Assembly: GCF_016904885.1 (NCBI RefSeq)
Contig: NZ_JADWYI010000001.1
Coordinates: 7,113,224-7,177,223, forward strand
Length of the DNA stretch: 64,000 nucleotides
DNA from: [Archangium] primigenium
GTDB lineage: Bacteria; Myxococcota; Myxococcia; Myxococcales; Myxococcaceae
Direction of reading: 5' to 3'
Position numbers and translations under genes: made by a program
The notes under the pieces: generated by a model
The model's input: the letters and a program-made list of their open reading frames with translations, nothing else
What the model was told of the DNA's origin: nothing
Databases searched by the model: none
Shown here: positions 19,648-28,358 of the stretch, piece after piece
How positions within the stretch are numbered: the stretch's first letter is position 1
Layout of the letters: each line of letters starts with the position of its first letter

Positions 19648-20459
19648 GCCTGCTCCTGCTCAACGGCTTCGAGTTCCCCCTCACCCAGGCCAACGCGGAG
19701 CCGGTGCGCGCGGGCGCGCTGGAGCGGGGCCCGGGCCTCGGAGTACGCTCGGGCGTGCGCGCTGCCGCGTGGGACCTGACGTGCGCCACCGGGTGGCTCT
19801 CCCAGGCGGACGCGCGTCAGGTGCGCGGCCTCGTGGAGGGAGAGGGGCACGTGCTCGCCTTCGACTCCACCCTCACGGCCACCTCGTACCTGTGGAGCTC
19901 GCGGGGCGCGGTGCCCAGCACCCAGGTAACGCCGGCGGTGGGCGGGCGCGTGCCGGGCCGCTGGGGTGGCGGCGCGCTCCGGGTGCGCGAGGACTACCAG
20001 GTGTTGTGGCCGGGGGTGTGCTCGGGCAGCGAGTGGACGGTGCTCGCATGGGCGCACCCGAGCGACACCGACACGGGGTACTGGGAGCACCGCACGTGGC
20101 GCTCGGACGGCGCCGTCTGGTTCAACGGCGTGGGGCCGCAGTTCGGCTACGGCCAGCAGGCCTATGTGGAGGGCGGGGCGCTGGTGCTTACCGCGGGCAC
20201 GGACACCCACCAGGACTGGGACGAGGTGGTGCTCCTCCCCTACTTCCTATCGGACGCGTGGGTGGCCCAGGCGTACGGCTTCCACCAAGCCACCCGCTGG
20301 CCTCCCCTGCCCTACGTGCTCGCCTCGGGCGCGGCGGTGCCCGGGGGAGCGGCCGAGGTGCAGGGACAGGCGGGCGGACTGCAACGGGTGGTGGCCGGGC
20401 CCGGCGCGTGGTGGGAGTCCTTCGACTTCACCCTCAATCGCTCACCATCCTCACCATGA
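19644..20459 (+). CDS. Phage tail protein (distal-tail-like)
   Basis: 271 aa, start overlaps tape measure stop (ATGA). Confidence 0.4.
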   Translation: MSLLLLNGFEFPLTQANAEPVRAGALERGPGLGVRSGVRAAAWDLTCATGWLSQADARQVRGLVEGEGHVLAFDSTLTATSYLWSSRGAVPSTQVTPAVGGRVPGRWGGGALRVREDYQVLWPGVCSGSEWTVLAWAHPSDTDTGYWEHRTWRSDGAVWFNGVGPQFGYGQQAYVEGGALVLTAGTDTHQDWDEVVLLPYFLSDAWVAQAYGFHQATRWPPLPYVLASGAAVPGGAAEVQGQAGGLQRVVAGPGAWWESFDFTLNRSPSSP

Positions 20460-20506
20460 AGCAGCAGTGGCGTGTGCGCTGCTTCAGCGTCAATCCCCTG
20501 TACCTA

Positions 20507-21334
20507 TTATGGCACCAAACCCTTGACGGATGACAGGTCGATCGGATCCAGGCGCTGCCCATCTCGGCTAAAGTACAAAGCACTCGGTAGCGAGTCGAAA
20601 TACAAGTACAGGCTATGAGCATGGTCGAGCGGACTGCCGTCACATCCCACTGTCCTCATCGGACCTAGAGTGGTGCCGATTATGTCATCGACTACAGCGA
20701 ACATCGCGGATGCACCGAACGCTGAGTTTGGGGGCCTAACACTAAATAATTTGAGTCGATCTTTTTCGGCCTCATTCACGCAAGCACGCCAGATATTGAT
20801 CGTCTCAAGACGAGGTTGGATTTCGAGAGCAAAAACGTATTTCTCACCAGGCGGAGATCGGTGTACCCGCATCTTCAGTGGACCGAGATTTCCGAGATCC
20901 ACTTGGTAGGCCTGCCCATTGACAGCTGCAACAACCTGCTTAACCCAATTAGGATCCCTCAACATCACGCCGAGGCGAGTAGTTAGCTTGGCGGGCATCT
21001 GCCGCGGCTCTATCTTGTGAATGAGCGCTATTAACGGAAACGCCACCCCGCGAGTACTGAGCGCGCGATCCAAGGCGTAGTTGAGCTCCTCCTGACATGG
21101 GTTGCTTGTAAGGCTGTCTGCTGTCACAACGACCGCATATGCGTCACTTCGTTCTGGGTTAACGATTTCAGACGCAATGTTGTCCCATATTCGCTGTCCC
21201 GCAGGAAGCTGCCTTCGGTCGAAGTGAACCTCAAGCTCTCCAGACTTCTCAAGCTCGCTTATGATGTAGTCCACATCCTGATCGCGGTTATCCGCCCAAG
21301 CGTAAGTCACCCAAAGTCGTTTTTTGGTGGTCAT
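20507..21334 (-). CDS. TIR-domain protein with uncharacterised C-terminal domain (moron)
   Basis: N-terminal RLWVTYAWADNRDQDVDYIISELEKSG...AVVVTADSLTSNPCQEELNYAL matches TIR beta-A/alpha-A and the conserved Glu motif; local GC about 50% against 70% in flanks; antisense to tail genes. Confidence 0.6.
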   Translation of the reverse strand: MTTKKRLWVTYAWADNRDQDVDYIISELEKSGELEVHFDRRQLPAGQRIWDNIASEIVNPERSDAYAVVVTADSLTSNPCQEELNYALDRALSTRGVAFPLIALIHKIEPRQMPAKLTTRLGVMLRDPNWVKQVVAAVNGQAYQVDLGNLGPLKMRVHRSPPGEKYVFALEIQPRLETINIWRACVNEAEKDRLKLFSVRPPNSAFGASAMFAVVDDIIGTTLGPMRTVGCDGSPLDHAHSLYLYFDSLPSALYFSRDGQRLDPIDLSSVKGLVP

Positions 21335-21382
21335 GGTCGCTCATTGTATCGCCAAATATGGCCCCGTCACTTCTCCGAGGGC

Positions 21383-23827
21383 ATGCGAACCCTTACGGAA
21401 GCGGAGCGGGCGGCCCTCTCTTGTCGGGCCGGGTATTCCACGTGGCACCGGGTGCTGCTGTTCGGCCCGGGCAACCGGTGGTGGGACTTGGGCGCGCTGC
21501 CCGTGGGCGAGCGCGCCACGGACTTCCTCGAGGAGGCCACGCTCGACGACTCCCAGGACGCGCCGGTGGCCCAGTTGCGCGTGCGCCTCAAGCGCCAGGT
21601 GCTGCTCGCCTCCCTCGCGCCGCTCATGGCCGAGAGCCCCCTCAACAACCTCGGCGGCGCGTACGAGCCGCTCGTGCGCACCGGGCGCCTGGTGGTGCTG
21701 GAGGTGGCCCTCGCTCCGCTGGGCCAGCAACCCCATGCGGTGGACTGGCAGGAGCTCTTCCGCGGGCGGGTGGACACGCCCACGGACGCGGGGGAGACGC
21801 TGGAGTTCGGCGCGCGGGACTACTCGGGCCTGCTCCAGGACTGTTTCATCGAGGTGGAGCGGCCCTACTCCTCCGACGCCGGCACGCCCGTGCAGGCCGT
21901 CATGCAGCAAATTCTCTCCGACAACGGCCAGGGCGCCTTCGGCCTCTACACGCCGGTGGACCCCGAGTGGGCGGTGGGCCGCTACCTGCAGAAGAAGGAG
22001 CCAGTGCTCGAGGCCCTGCGCGCGCTCGCGGGCCAGCTCGGCGCGGACGTGCGCTACCGCTGGAGCCCGGTGGCCCAGGCCTTCGCCCTCACCTTCGCCG
22101 CGCCCCAGCGCGAGGCCACCGAGCCCGTGTGGCACTTCCTCGCCGAGGACTACCGCGCCCTGCCGGACGTGGAAATGCCCATGGACGAGGTGCGCAACGC
22201 GGTGACGGGCTACTTCTACGACTCGCTCGACAGGGACGCCGCCGGGCAGCCGAAGCTCAAGCGGGTGGATCGGGACGCGGGCACCGCCTCGCTCCAGGCC
22301 TACGGGCGCCGGTGGATGGAGATTGTCCTGGCGGCGACGGACAACATCGACACCGAACCGGAGATGGTGCGCCTGCTCGAGTCGGCCATGAGCGACTTGG
22401 GCCAGCCGCCGCTGGGGCTCTCCTTCGAGGTGGCGTGCCACCCGGGCCTGGAGCTCGGCGACGTGGTGGCCCTCGCGCCCAACGGCGTGCAGTGGAGCAG
22501 CACCCAGACGGGCGCGGTGGTGGCGCTCACGCACACCTTCACCCGGGACAAGGCGACGACGAAGGTGGTGGTGCGCGGCAAGCCCTCCCTCGCGCCGCGG
22601 CAGTGGCTGCAGCTGGAGACGGGCCGTCCGGGCCAGGCGCCGGCCGCGCCGTACACCGGGCCGCGCCCGCCCACGGTGGTGTCCGCGAGCGCCCTGCCCC
22701 AGGGACTCGCCGTCTCCGTCGCCCCGGCCACCGGCGGCGCGGACACGGCCGAGTACGAGGTGCACGTGAGCACCACCTCGGGCTTCGCCCCGGACACGAG
22801 CTACCCCTCCTCCACGCTCAAGGAGGTGGGGGCGCGCACGCGCTTCGAGCTGCAGGGCCTCACCCCGGGCCGCACCTACTACGTGCGCATGGTGGCCCGG
22901 GACGCCGCGGGCAACCGGGGCGCGGCCTCTCCGGAGGTGGCCCTCTCCCCGAGCTACCTCTCCCCGGGCGCGCTGGCGACGCTCGTGTCCTACGGCGCTC
23001 TGCCCCTCAATGGGGACTTCGAGGCCCAGGCGGACCCGGCGGGCCCGCCGGACGGCAGCTACATGCTCCAGGGCACCTGGGGCGTGGACGCGGTAGTGGA
23101 CACCTCCACGGCCTTCGCGGGCACCCGGTGCGTGCGCCTGCGCGCGAGCGGCACGCGTCTGGGCCTGCAGGCCTTCGTGGCCCGGCCCGGCGAGCGCCTC
23201 GCGCTCAAGGCCCATGCCTACAGCCAGGTGCAGGCCTACGCCGAGCTGCAGGTGGTGTGGCTCGACAGGCAGCTCACCCCCGTGGGCGAGCCCGTCACCG
23301 TCTGGGGAGACTACCTCCAGGCCAACACCTGGACGACGCTGGGCAACTACCTCACCGTGCCCGCGGGAGCGCGCGTGGCCCGCCTGTCGGTGCGCGCCGC
23401 CGGCAACTACCCCGACGCCTTCGTCTGGTTCGACTCGGTGTCCGCGGTGCCGGGCGTGTCCCTCGCCGTCCCCTGGCAGCGCCTGCGCCACCCCTCCCTT
23501 GGCGGCGGCGGCAACGTGAGCGACTACCTCGGCAACTGGAAGCCCAATCCCGTGCGCCCGGTGCGCTGGCGGGTGAATGCCCTGGGCGAGCTGGAGCTCC
23601 AGGGCAGCCTCTATGACGGCCAGCCCGGCACCGAGGCCTTCCGCCTGCCGGGCGTGGCGCCCGCGGGCTACACCTCGCCGGCGGACCCTGCCCGCTTCGT
23701 CGCGGCGGCGGGCCCCACGGGCCGGGCCACCGTCTCGGTGCACTCAGTGGGCACGGACGCGGCCTTCGTCATCACCGTGGACAACGCCTACGTGGTGCTC
23801 GACGGCGTGCGCTACCCGCTCGCGTGA
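21383..23827 (+). CDS. Tail fibre / host-specificity protein with fibronectin type III domain
   Basis: 814 aa; FN3-like segment (EYEVHVSTTSGFAPDTSYPSS...LTPGRTYYVRMVARDAAGNRG); preceded by conserved motif; last large tail gene. Confidence 0.55.
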   Translation: MRTLTEAERAALSCRAGYSTWHRVLLFGPGNRWWDLGALPVGERATDFLEEATLDDSQDAPVAQLRVRLKRQVLLASLAPLMAESPLNNLGGAYEPLVRTGRLVVLEVALAPLGQQPHAVDWQELFRGRVDTPTDAGETLEFGARDYSGLLQDCFIEVERPYSSDAGTPVQAVMQQILSDNGQGAFGLYTPVDPEWAVGRYLQKKEPVLEALRALAGQLGADVRYRWSPVAQAFALTFAAPQREATEPVWHFLAEDYRALPDVEMPMDEVRNAVTGYFYDSLDRDAAGQPKLKRVDRDAGTASLQAYGRRWMEIVLAATDNIDTEPEMVRLLESAMSDLGQPPLGLSFEVACHPGLELGDVVALAPNGVQWSSTQTGAVVALTHTFTRDKATTKVVVRGKPSLAPRQWLQLETGRPGQAPAAPYTGPRPPTVVSASALPQGLAVSVAPATGGADTAEYEVHVSTTSGFAPDTSYPSSTLKEVGARTRFELQGLTPGRTYYVRMVARDAAGNRGAASPEVALSPSYLSPGALATLVSYGALPLNGDFEAQADPAGPPDGSYMLQGTWGVDAVVDTSTAFAGTRCVRLRASGTRLGLQAFVARPGERLALKAHAYSQVQAYAELQVVWLDRQLTPVGEPVTVWGDYLQANTWTTLGNYLTVPAGARVARLSVRAAGNYPDAFVWFDSVSAVPGVSLAVPWQRLRHPSLGGGGNVSDYLGNWKPNPVRPVRWRVNALGELELQGSLYDGQPGTEAFRLPGVAPAGYTSPADPARFVAAAGPTGRATVSVHSVGTDAAFVITVDNAYVVLDGVRYPLA

Positions 23828-23831
23828 GGCT

Positions 23832-24116
23832 TCACGCCCGGGCGGCACAGGCGGGGCAGTCCACCGCCCAGTCCTTGCCGCCCCCACTCGCGCCCCCGTC
23901 CTCCACGAGGCGCAGGCGGCCCTCCTGGGCGCGCACCCACGTGCCGCACGCGCACCGGGTCGCCCGGGAGTTGGGGCGGAAGCGCGGCGGCGCGCGGGCG
24001 CACTGGGGCTCGGGGTGGGAGAGGCCCTGCTCGGCGGAGAAGTCCGCTTCCTCCCCCTTGCGCACGAGTCCGCCGCAGGCCCGGCAGGTGCCCGCCCTCT
24101 TCGCCGTCAGAATCAC
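23832..24116 (-). CDS. Small zinc-ribbon protein
   Basis: About 94 aa with CxxC...CxC...CPAC pattern; GTG start overlapping upstream stop (GTGA). Confidence 0.3.
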   Translation of the reverse strand: MILTAKRAGTCRACGGLVRKGEEADFSAEQGLSHPEPQCARAPPRFRPNSRATRCACGTWVRAQEGRLRLVEDGGASGGGKDWAVDCPACAARA

Positions 24117-25100
24117 GCCGCCTCCAGCTCGGCGCGCAGGGCGGCGAGCCCCGCGGCGCGCGCGGCCTGCAGCTCGGGCAGCGAGCACTGGAGGCGTTGG
24201 GCGAGCCGGACGTCTCCCAGGGCCAGCCCGCCCAGACCCAGGGGCACGGCCACCGCCAGGCGCTGGCGCTCGGGCAGGCGCGCGAGGAGCGCGGTGGCGG
24301 CCGCGCCCAGGTGCACCCGCCCCAGGGACTCGTCGCTCTCGTCGGCGAGGCGCTCGGCCTCGGACTCCTCCACGCGCGTGGCCCCCAGGGAGAGGGCCAG
24401 CGCGGTGGCCCCGTCCGCCCCCTCCACCCGTAGCGCTTCCTCGTAGGCGAGGCCCTCGGACTCCACGCGCCGGCGCGCGCGGGCGGCGAGCTTGCGGCCC
24501 CACTGGGTGGGCCCCACGAGCCGCCCCTCGGCGAGCACGTTGCCCAGGTGCTGGCGCACCGCGCGCTGCACGTAGGCCGGGTACAGCGTGCGGCCCGGGC
24601 CTCCCTGGCCCGGGGTGAAGCCCTCCCAGAGACGCTGGGCGCGCAGCAGCGCCTCCTGCAGCAAGTCCGCGCGCGAGAGGAAGGTGCGCTCGTGGGTGCC
24701 CCACGCGCGGCGCGCCTCCTGCTCGAGTAGCGGGTGCAGCAGGCGGAGGAGCTCCCCCTCCGCCGCGCGCTGGCGCGGGCTGCCCCGTGTGGTGCCCCGC
24801 GCCTCACGCAGTGCGCGCTCGAAGGACTCGGCCACCTCGGGGGTGAGCCAGGTGCCGCGCGGGGCCCGGGTGAAGGGCAGCACCAGCTGCGCGCGGCCGG
24901 TGGTGGGGGCGGTGCGCTCGCGCAGGTGCGGCTGGTGTGCACGCCTCTCGCGGCGGCGGGCGCGCGCGGGCAGGTCGGCGAGGAAGGTGAAGGCCTGCTG
25001 CGCGGGCTGCCCGCCAGGCGCGGTGGGCGTCCGCTGCAAGTGGGAGGTGCGTGAGGAGGGAGCGCGGGACGTCGACGAAGGGCGGGCGGCGCACGGCATG
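24113..25100 (-). CDS. Sigma-70-family (ECF-like) sigma factor homolog
   Basis: Region-2-like DLLQEALLRAQRLWEGF and region-4-like LARLPERQRLAVAV; start taken at MPCAARPS. Confidence 0.4.
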
Positions 25101-25249
25101 GGCTCCACCACGCCGCGACTTCGCCGCTGTGTCCATTCTCCGACGCATGGGCCTGCGGCATGGCGGTCCGAGCGAGGGGCGCGTGAATAACGGCCGTCGG
25201 CTGGCGTCAGGACACGCCGTGGTACAACCCGGCGCGGGAGGGCCGCGCC

Positions 25250-26032
25250 ATGTCCAGCAGCCAACGGGGAAACCAACTCGGGCCGTACAAGCTCGAGCAG
25301 AGGTATCGGAACACGGGCGATCTGGGCCGCGTCTACCGCGCGCGCAACACCCTCACGGGAGCACCTGCGCTGGTGGTGAAGCCCACGGAGCGCTCGGCGG
25401 AGGACGATCCCCTCGCCGACTGGGAGCTCCATCTCTTCTCGTCCGTGTCGCCCGCCTACCTCGCGCTCGAGGTGAAGTCCGCCCCCGAGGCGGCCAACGC
25501 GGAGGCGGCAGGAGAGGAGCTCGAGTACATGTTGGACGACTTGCTGGAGGCGGTCATCCACACGAGGAAGCGCCCGGAGACCCTGCGCCACCTGCGCTCG
25601 CCCCGGCGTGTCCCGCGACGGCCGGTGAGCCACCTGCACCGGGTGTTCGGCGCGGCCCTCGCCGCCGCCTTCACGGGGCTAATTCTCTTCGCGGGAAACT
25701 CCGGCCCGCCGCTGACGCCCGTGGCGGAGCGCGAGCTCGCCCTGGCGCGGCACGACGCGGGCTGGGATGGCTCAGGGGACCTGACGGGCGGCGCGCTCAC
25801 CGGACTCGTGGACTTCGAGCCGTTCGCGCTCACGCGGCCGATGCCCACGAAGCCCTTCAAGGTGCAGAAGAAGCCGCCGTGCAAGACGACGATCGAGGAG
25901 GAGCACGCGAACGGCTGCTGGGTGCGCCTCCACGTCAACGCCCCTTGCCCCGACGAGGCGTACGAGCGCGACGGGCGCTGCTACCTGCCCGCCATCCCGG
26001 CAGCACCGCCGCCCGCATCAATCATGCCGTAG
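25250..26032 (+). CDS. Hypothetical protein with degenerate protein-kinase-like N-terminus and Cys-rich C-terminus
   Basis: LGPYKLEQRYRNTGDLGRVYRARNTLTGAPALVVKP resembles a kinase ATP-binding lobe; no catalytic loop follows. Confidence 0.3.
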   Translation: MSSSQRGNQLGPYKLEQRYRNTGDLGRVYRARNTLTGAPALVVKPTERSAEDDPLADWELHLFSSVSPAYLALEVKSAPEAANAEAAGEELEYMLDDLLEAVIHTRKRPETLRHLRSPRRVPRRPVSHLHRVFGAALAAAFTGLILFAGNSGPPLTPVAERELALARHDAGWDGSGDLTGGALTGLVDFEPFALTRPMPTKPFKVQKKPPCKTTIEEEHANGCWVRLHVNAPCPDEAYERDGRCYLPAIPAAPPPASIMP

Positions 26033-26553
26033 TCGCGCGGGCTTGACCGTGCGCACACCCAGTGCGTAGAGTCACCGCTGACGTACCGCGCCGTGCTTGC
26101 CGGGCTTGTCAGGCACGAAGCGCACCCCAAAATTCGCTGACGTGTCATCGCGTCGGCCGACGTGTGCCCGCCACTACGGACTGCCCTGGTGGTCGGCCGC
26201 GGACGCCTCGCATGAGTTTTACAAGCCCCTCATGCTGAGGCGTCTGTTTTTTTGGGGTGGAACAGATGCGCCTGGGGCTTGATCGCGAAGTTCTCGTCAC
26301 CGTGTCACCGGCTGCTCGCGCCTCGCGCGCTGGAGCACCCTCCCCCTCTACCGCTCCGCGTGGAGCCGTCGACCCGGACGTGGACGCCAGTCCGCTCATT
26401 CGGATGCGCCTGACGCACCGTCCACCGTGGAGACGGTGGCACGAAGGTTGGTAGCGCGGCGGTCGAAGTGCGGGCGGCGGCGGAGTGAATAGGACGCTGG
26501 ACACGAGAGCACGGACGCAGGGCGTCCGGCACTACACCTTGGGTGAAGACACC

Positions 26554-26754
26554 ATGATGGACGTGGACGTCACGACGGATGCGGCATGGACGGTCGACGA
26601 GGCCTCGCGCTTCCTCGGCATCAAGCCGAAGACGCTCTACCGGAAGGCCGCCGAGGGCACGGTCCCCTCCTTTAAGGTGGGCGGAGCGCTTCGGTTCAGT
26701 CCGGCGCGACTGGCCGAGTGGCGCGAGGCGCAGGCGCGCGGGGGTCGGGGGTAG
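26554..26754 (+). CDS. Excisionase-family helix-turn-helix protein
   Basis: About 66 aa, WTVDEASRFLGIKPKTLYRKAAEG HTH; immediately upstream of the integrase. Confidence 0.55.
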   Translation: MMDVDVTTDAAWTVDEASRFLGIKPKTLYRKAAEGTVPSFKVGGALRFSPARLAEWREAQARGGRG

Positions 26755-26756
26755 CC

Positions 26757-28358
26757 ATGGCCTTCGCCTTCTTCCGCCCCAGCACGCGCACCCAGAAAGC
26801 GGGGGCGAGCCTCGTTCGCTACCGGGGCCAGTACGGCGTCTGGTACGTGGGCTACAAGGACGATCACGGCCGACAGCGGCAGAAGAAGTCCGCCGCCTGC
26901 ACTCAGGCCGAGGCGGAGAAGCTCGCGGCGGAGCTCGAGCGGGCCGCGGAGCGCGTACGCCTGGGGCTGGACGCGAAGGTGAAGGAGGACATGCCCTACC
27001 GGGAGGCGGTGGCGCTGTACCTGGAGTCCCTGCCGCCCGAGTACCGCAGCAAGCCCCACCTGGAGTCGCGCTTCCGGTTGAGGATCCTCCCCCACCTGGG
27101 CGAACTGCCGTGCCGGGCCATGACGCCGGCGGACGTGAAGCGGATGCTCGCCGCCAACAGCACCGCCGCGCCGCAGACGCGCGAGCACCTGCGCATCGCG
27201 GTCCAGGGCAGCTACACCTTCCTTATAGAGGAGCTGAAGCTCGTCACGGGGGAGAACCCCGCGGCGAAGCTGGGCCGGGTGTCCATCCCCCGGCGTCGGC
27301 CGAAGTTCCTCCAGCAGGAGGACGTGCCGCGCCTGCTCGCGGCGGTGCCGGAGCAGCACCGGGCCGTTTTCACCGTGGCGGTGGGGACGGGGCTGCGCAA
27401 GGGGGAGCTCCTGGCGCTGCGCTGGGAGGACGTGGACCTTGTGCGCCGTTGCCTACATGTGGCGCGCAGCAACGACAACGACACCACCAAGGGCGGGCGC
27501 ACCCGGGTGATTCCGCTGCCCGCCTGGCTGGTGCCCCTCGTGCAGGAGCTGGCGCGCGAGGCCCGGAGCGCCTTCGTCTTCCCGGACCCCCGCGGGGCCC
27601 AGCAGAAGAAGTGGGTCGCCTTCCACCGCATCATGAAGACGGCCCTCAAGCAGGCGGGCTTGGTGGAGGGGTTCGACCACCGCTGCGTCACCCGGGGGAC
27701 CCGCCGGGGGTGTGGCCACGTGGAACGGCGCGCCGGAAGCGCCCGGGCGTCCTGCCCGACGTGCTCCGCGCTGCTGTGGCCCACTGCGGTGCCACTTTCT
27801 TTGAGCTTCAAGGACCTGCGCTCCACCTTCGGCACATGGGCCTACGCCCAGACCGGGAACATCCGCTTCGTCCAGGAGGTGCTCGGGCACCAGGACGTCC
27901 GGGTGACCGAGCAGCGCTACAGCCACGTGCTGGAGACGAACCTTCTCCAGCTCGCGGACCAGGTCCGCTTCGGGGCGCCCCCCAGTCTTATCAGCCAGTT
28001 GCAAGTGACGGACGGGCAAGCCCGGGGAAGACCGGGCACGGGCGAGAACGTCTTAACCAGGAGTACAGAGGGAGCAGGACACATGAGGGGAAACGAGGGG
28101 AAACGAGGGGAAAGCCGGGTAGACGTAGGAGTCGGCCTCCGAAGCCAAAGGCCGCTGGTTCGACTCCAGCATCGCGCACACAGGCAAGGGCCCGGAATCG
28201 TTGGGGAAAACCCCCATCAGTTCCGGGCCCTTCGCTTTCCCCGGACTCGCCTTGCAGCAAGGATGCAGCAAAGCCGTTCGCGGCCACTCCTTGCCGCACG
28301 GCGCTCCCCCTCAAGACCTTCCCGGTGGCGGCCTCCGCCTCGACGCTCGGCGGGATGA
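26757..28358 (+). CDS. Tyrosine integrase (phage integrase family) with Cys-rich insert; true 3' end uncertain because the ORF reads through the att repeat
   Basis: Catalytic-domain R...HxxR...Y layout (LRKGELLALRWEDV, VTEQRYSHV); insert CVTRGTRRGCGHVE...CPTC. Confidence 0.8.
   Translation: MAFAFFRPSTRTQKAGASLVRYRGQYGVWYVGYKDDHGRQRQKKSAACTQAEAEKLAAELERAAERVRLGLDAKVKEDMPYREAVALYLESLPPEYRSKPHLESRFRLRILPHLGELPCRAMTPADVKRMLAANSTAAPQTREHLRIAVQGSYTFLIEELKLVTGENPAAKLGRVSIPRRRPKFLQQEDVPRLLAAVPEQHRAVFTVAVGTGLRKGELLALRWEDVDLVRRCLHVARSNDNDTTKGGRTRVIPLPAWLVPLVQELAREARSAFVFPDPRGAQQKKWVAFHRIMKTALKQAGLVEGFDHRCVTRGTRRGCGHVERRAGSARASCPTCSALLWPTAVPLSLSFKDLRSTFGTWAYAQTGNIRFVQEVLGHQDVRVTEQRYSHVLETNLLQLADQVRFGAPPSLISQLQVTDGQARGRPGTGENVLTRSTEGAGHMRGNEGKRGESRVDVGVGLRSQRPLVRLQHRAHRQGPGIVGENPHQFRALRFPRTRLAARMQQSRSRPLLAARRSPSRPSRWRPPPRRSAG

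Noticed and set aside
21341-23743. 800-aa ORF antisense to the tail-fibre gene, and a 752-aa overlapping plus-strand alternative frame (21358..23616)
   Set aside because: Same artefact class; the frame-2 ORF has FN3 motifs and the conserved upstream motif, the others are Arg/Gly-rich nonsense.
23812-25161. 449-aa and 290-aa minus-strand ORFs overlapping the sigma-factor and zinc-ribbon genes
   Set aside because: Alternative frames of the same GC-rich DNA; chose the frame with sigma region-2/region-4 signatures and the coupled zinc-ribbon ORF.
3600-26000. Gene transfer agent or tailocin instead of prophage
   Set aside because: Presence of xis-int, terminase small and large subunits, capsid and a full siphovirus tail set fits a prophage better; GTA clusters are smaller and lack integrase. 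Cannot exclude domestication, so recorded only as a caveat.
28137-28178. Complete tRNA or tmRNA (ssrA) gene at the att repeats
   Set aside because: Only T-arm plus 3' acceptor strand are present; no complementary 5' acceptor (GCGCGAT) or D/anticodon arms upstream in either copy; acceptor lacks the G3:U70 pair expected for tmRNA. Treated as att-core fragments.
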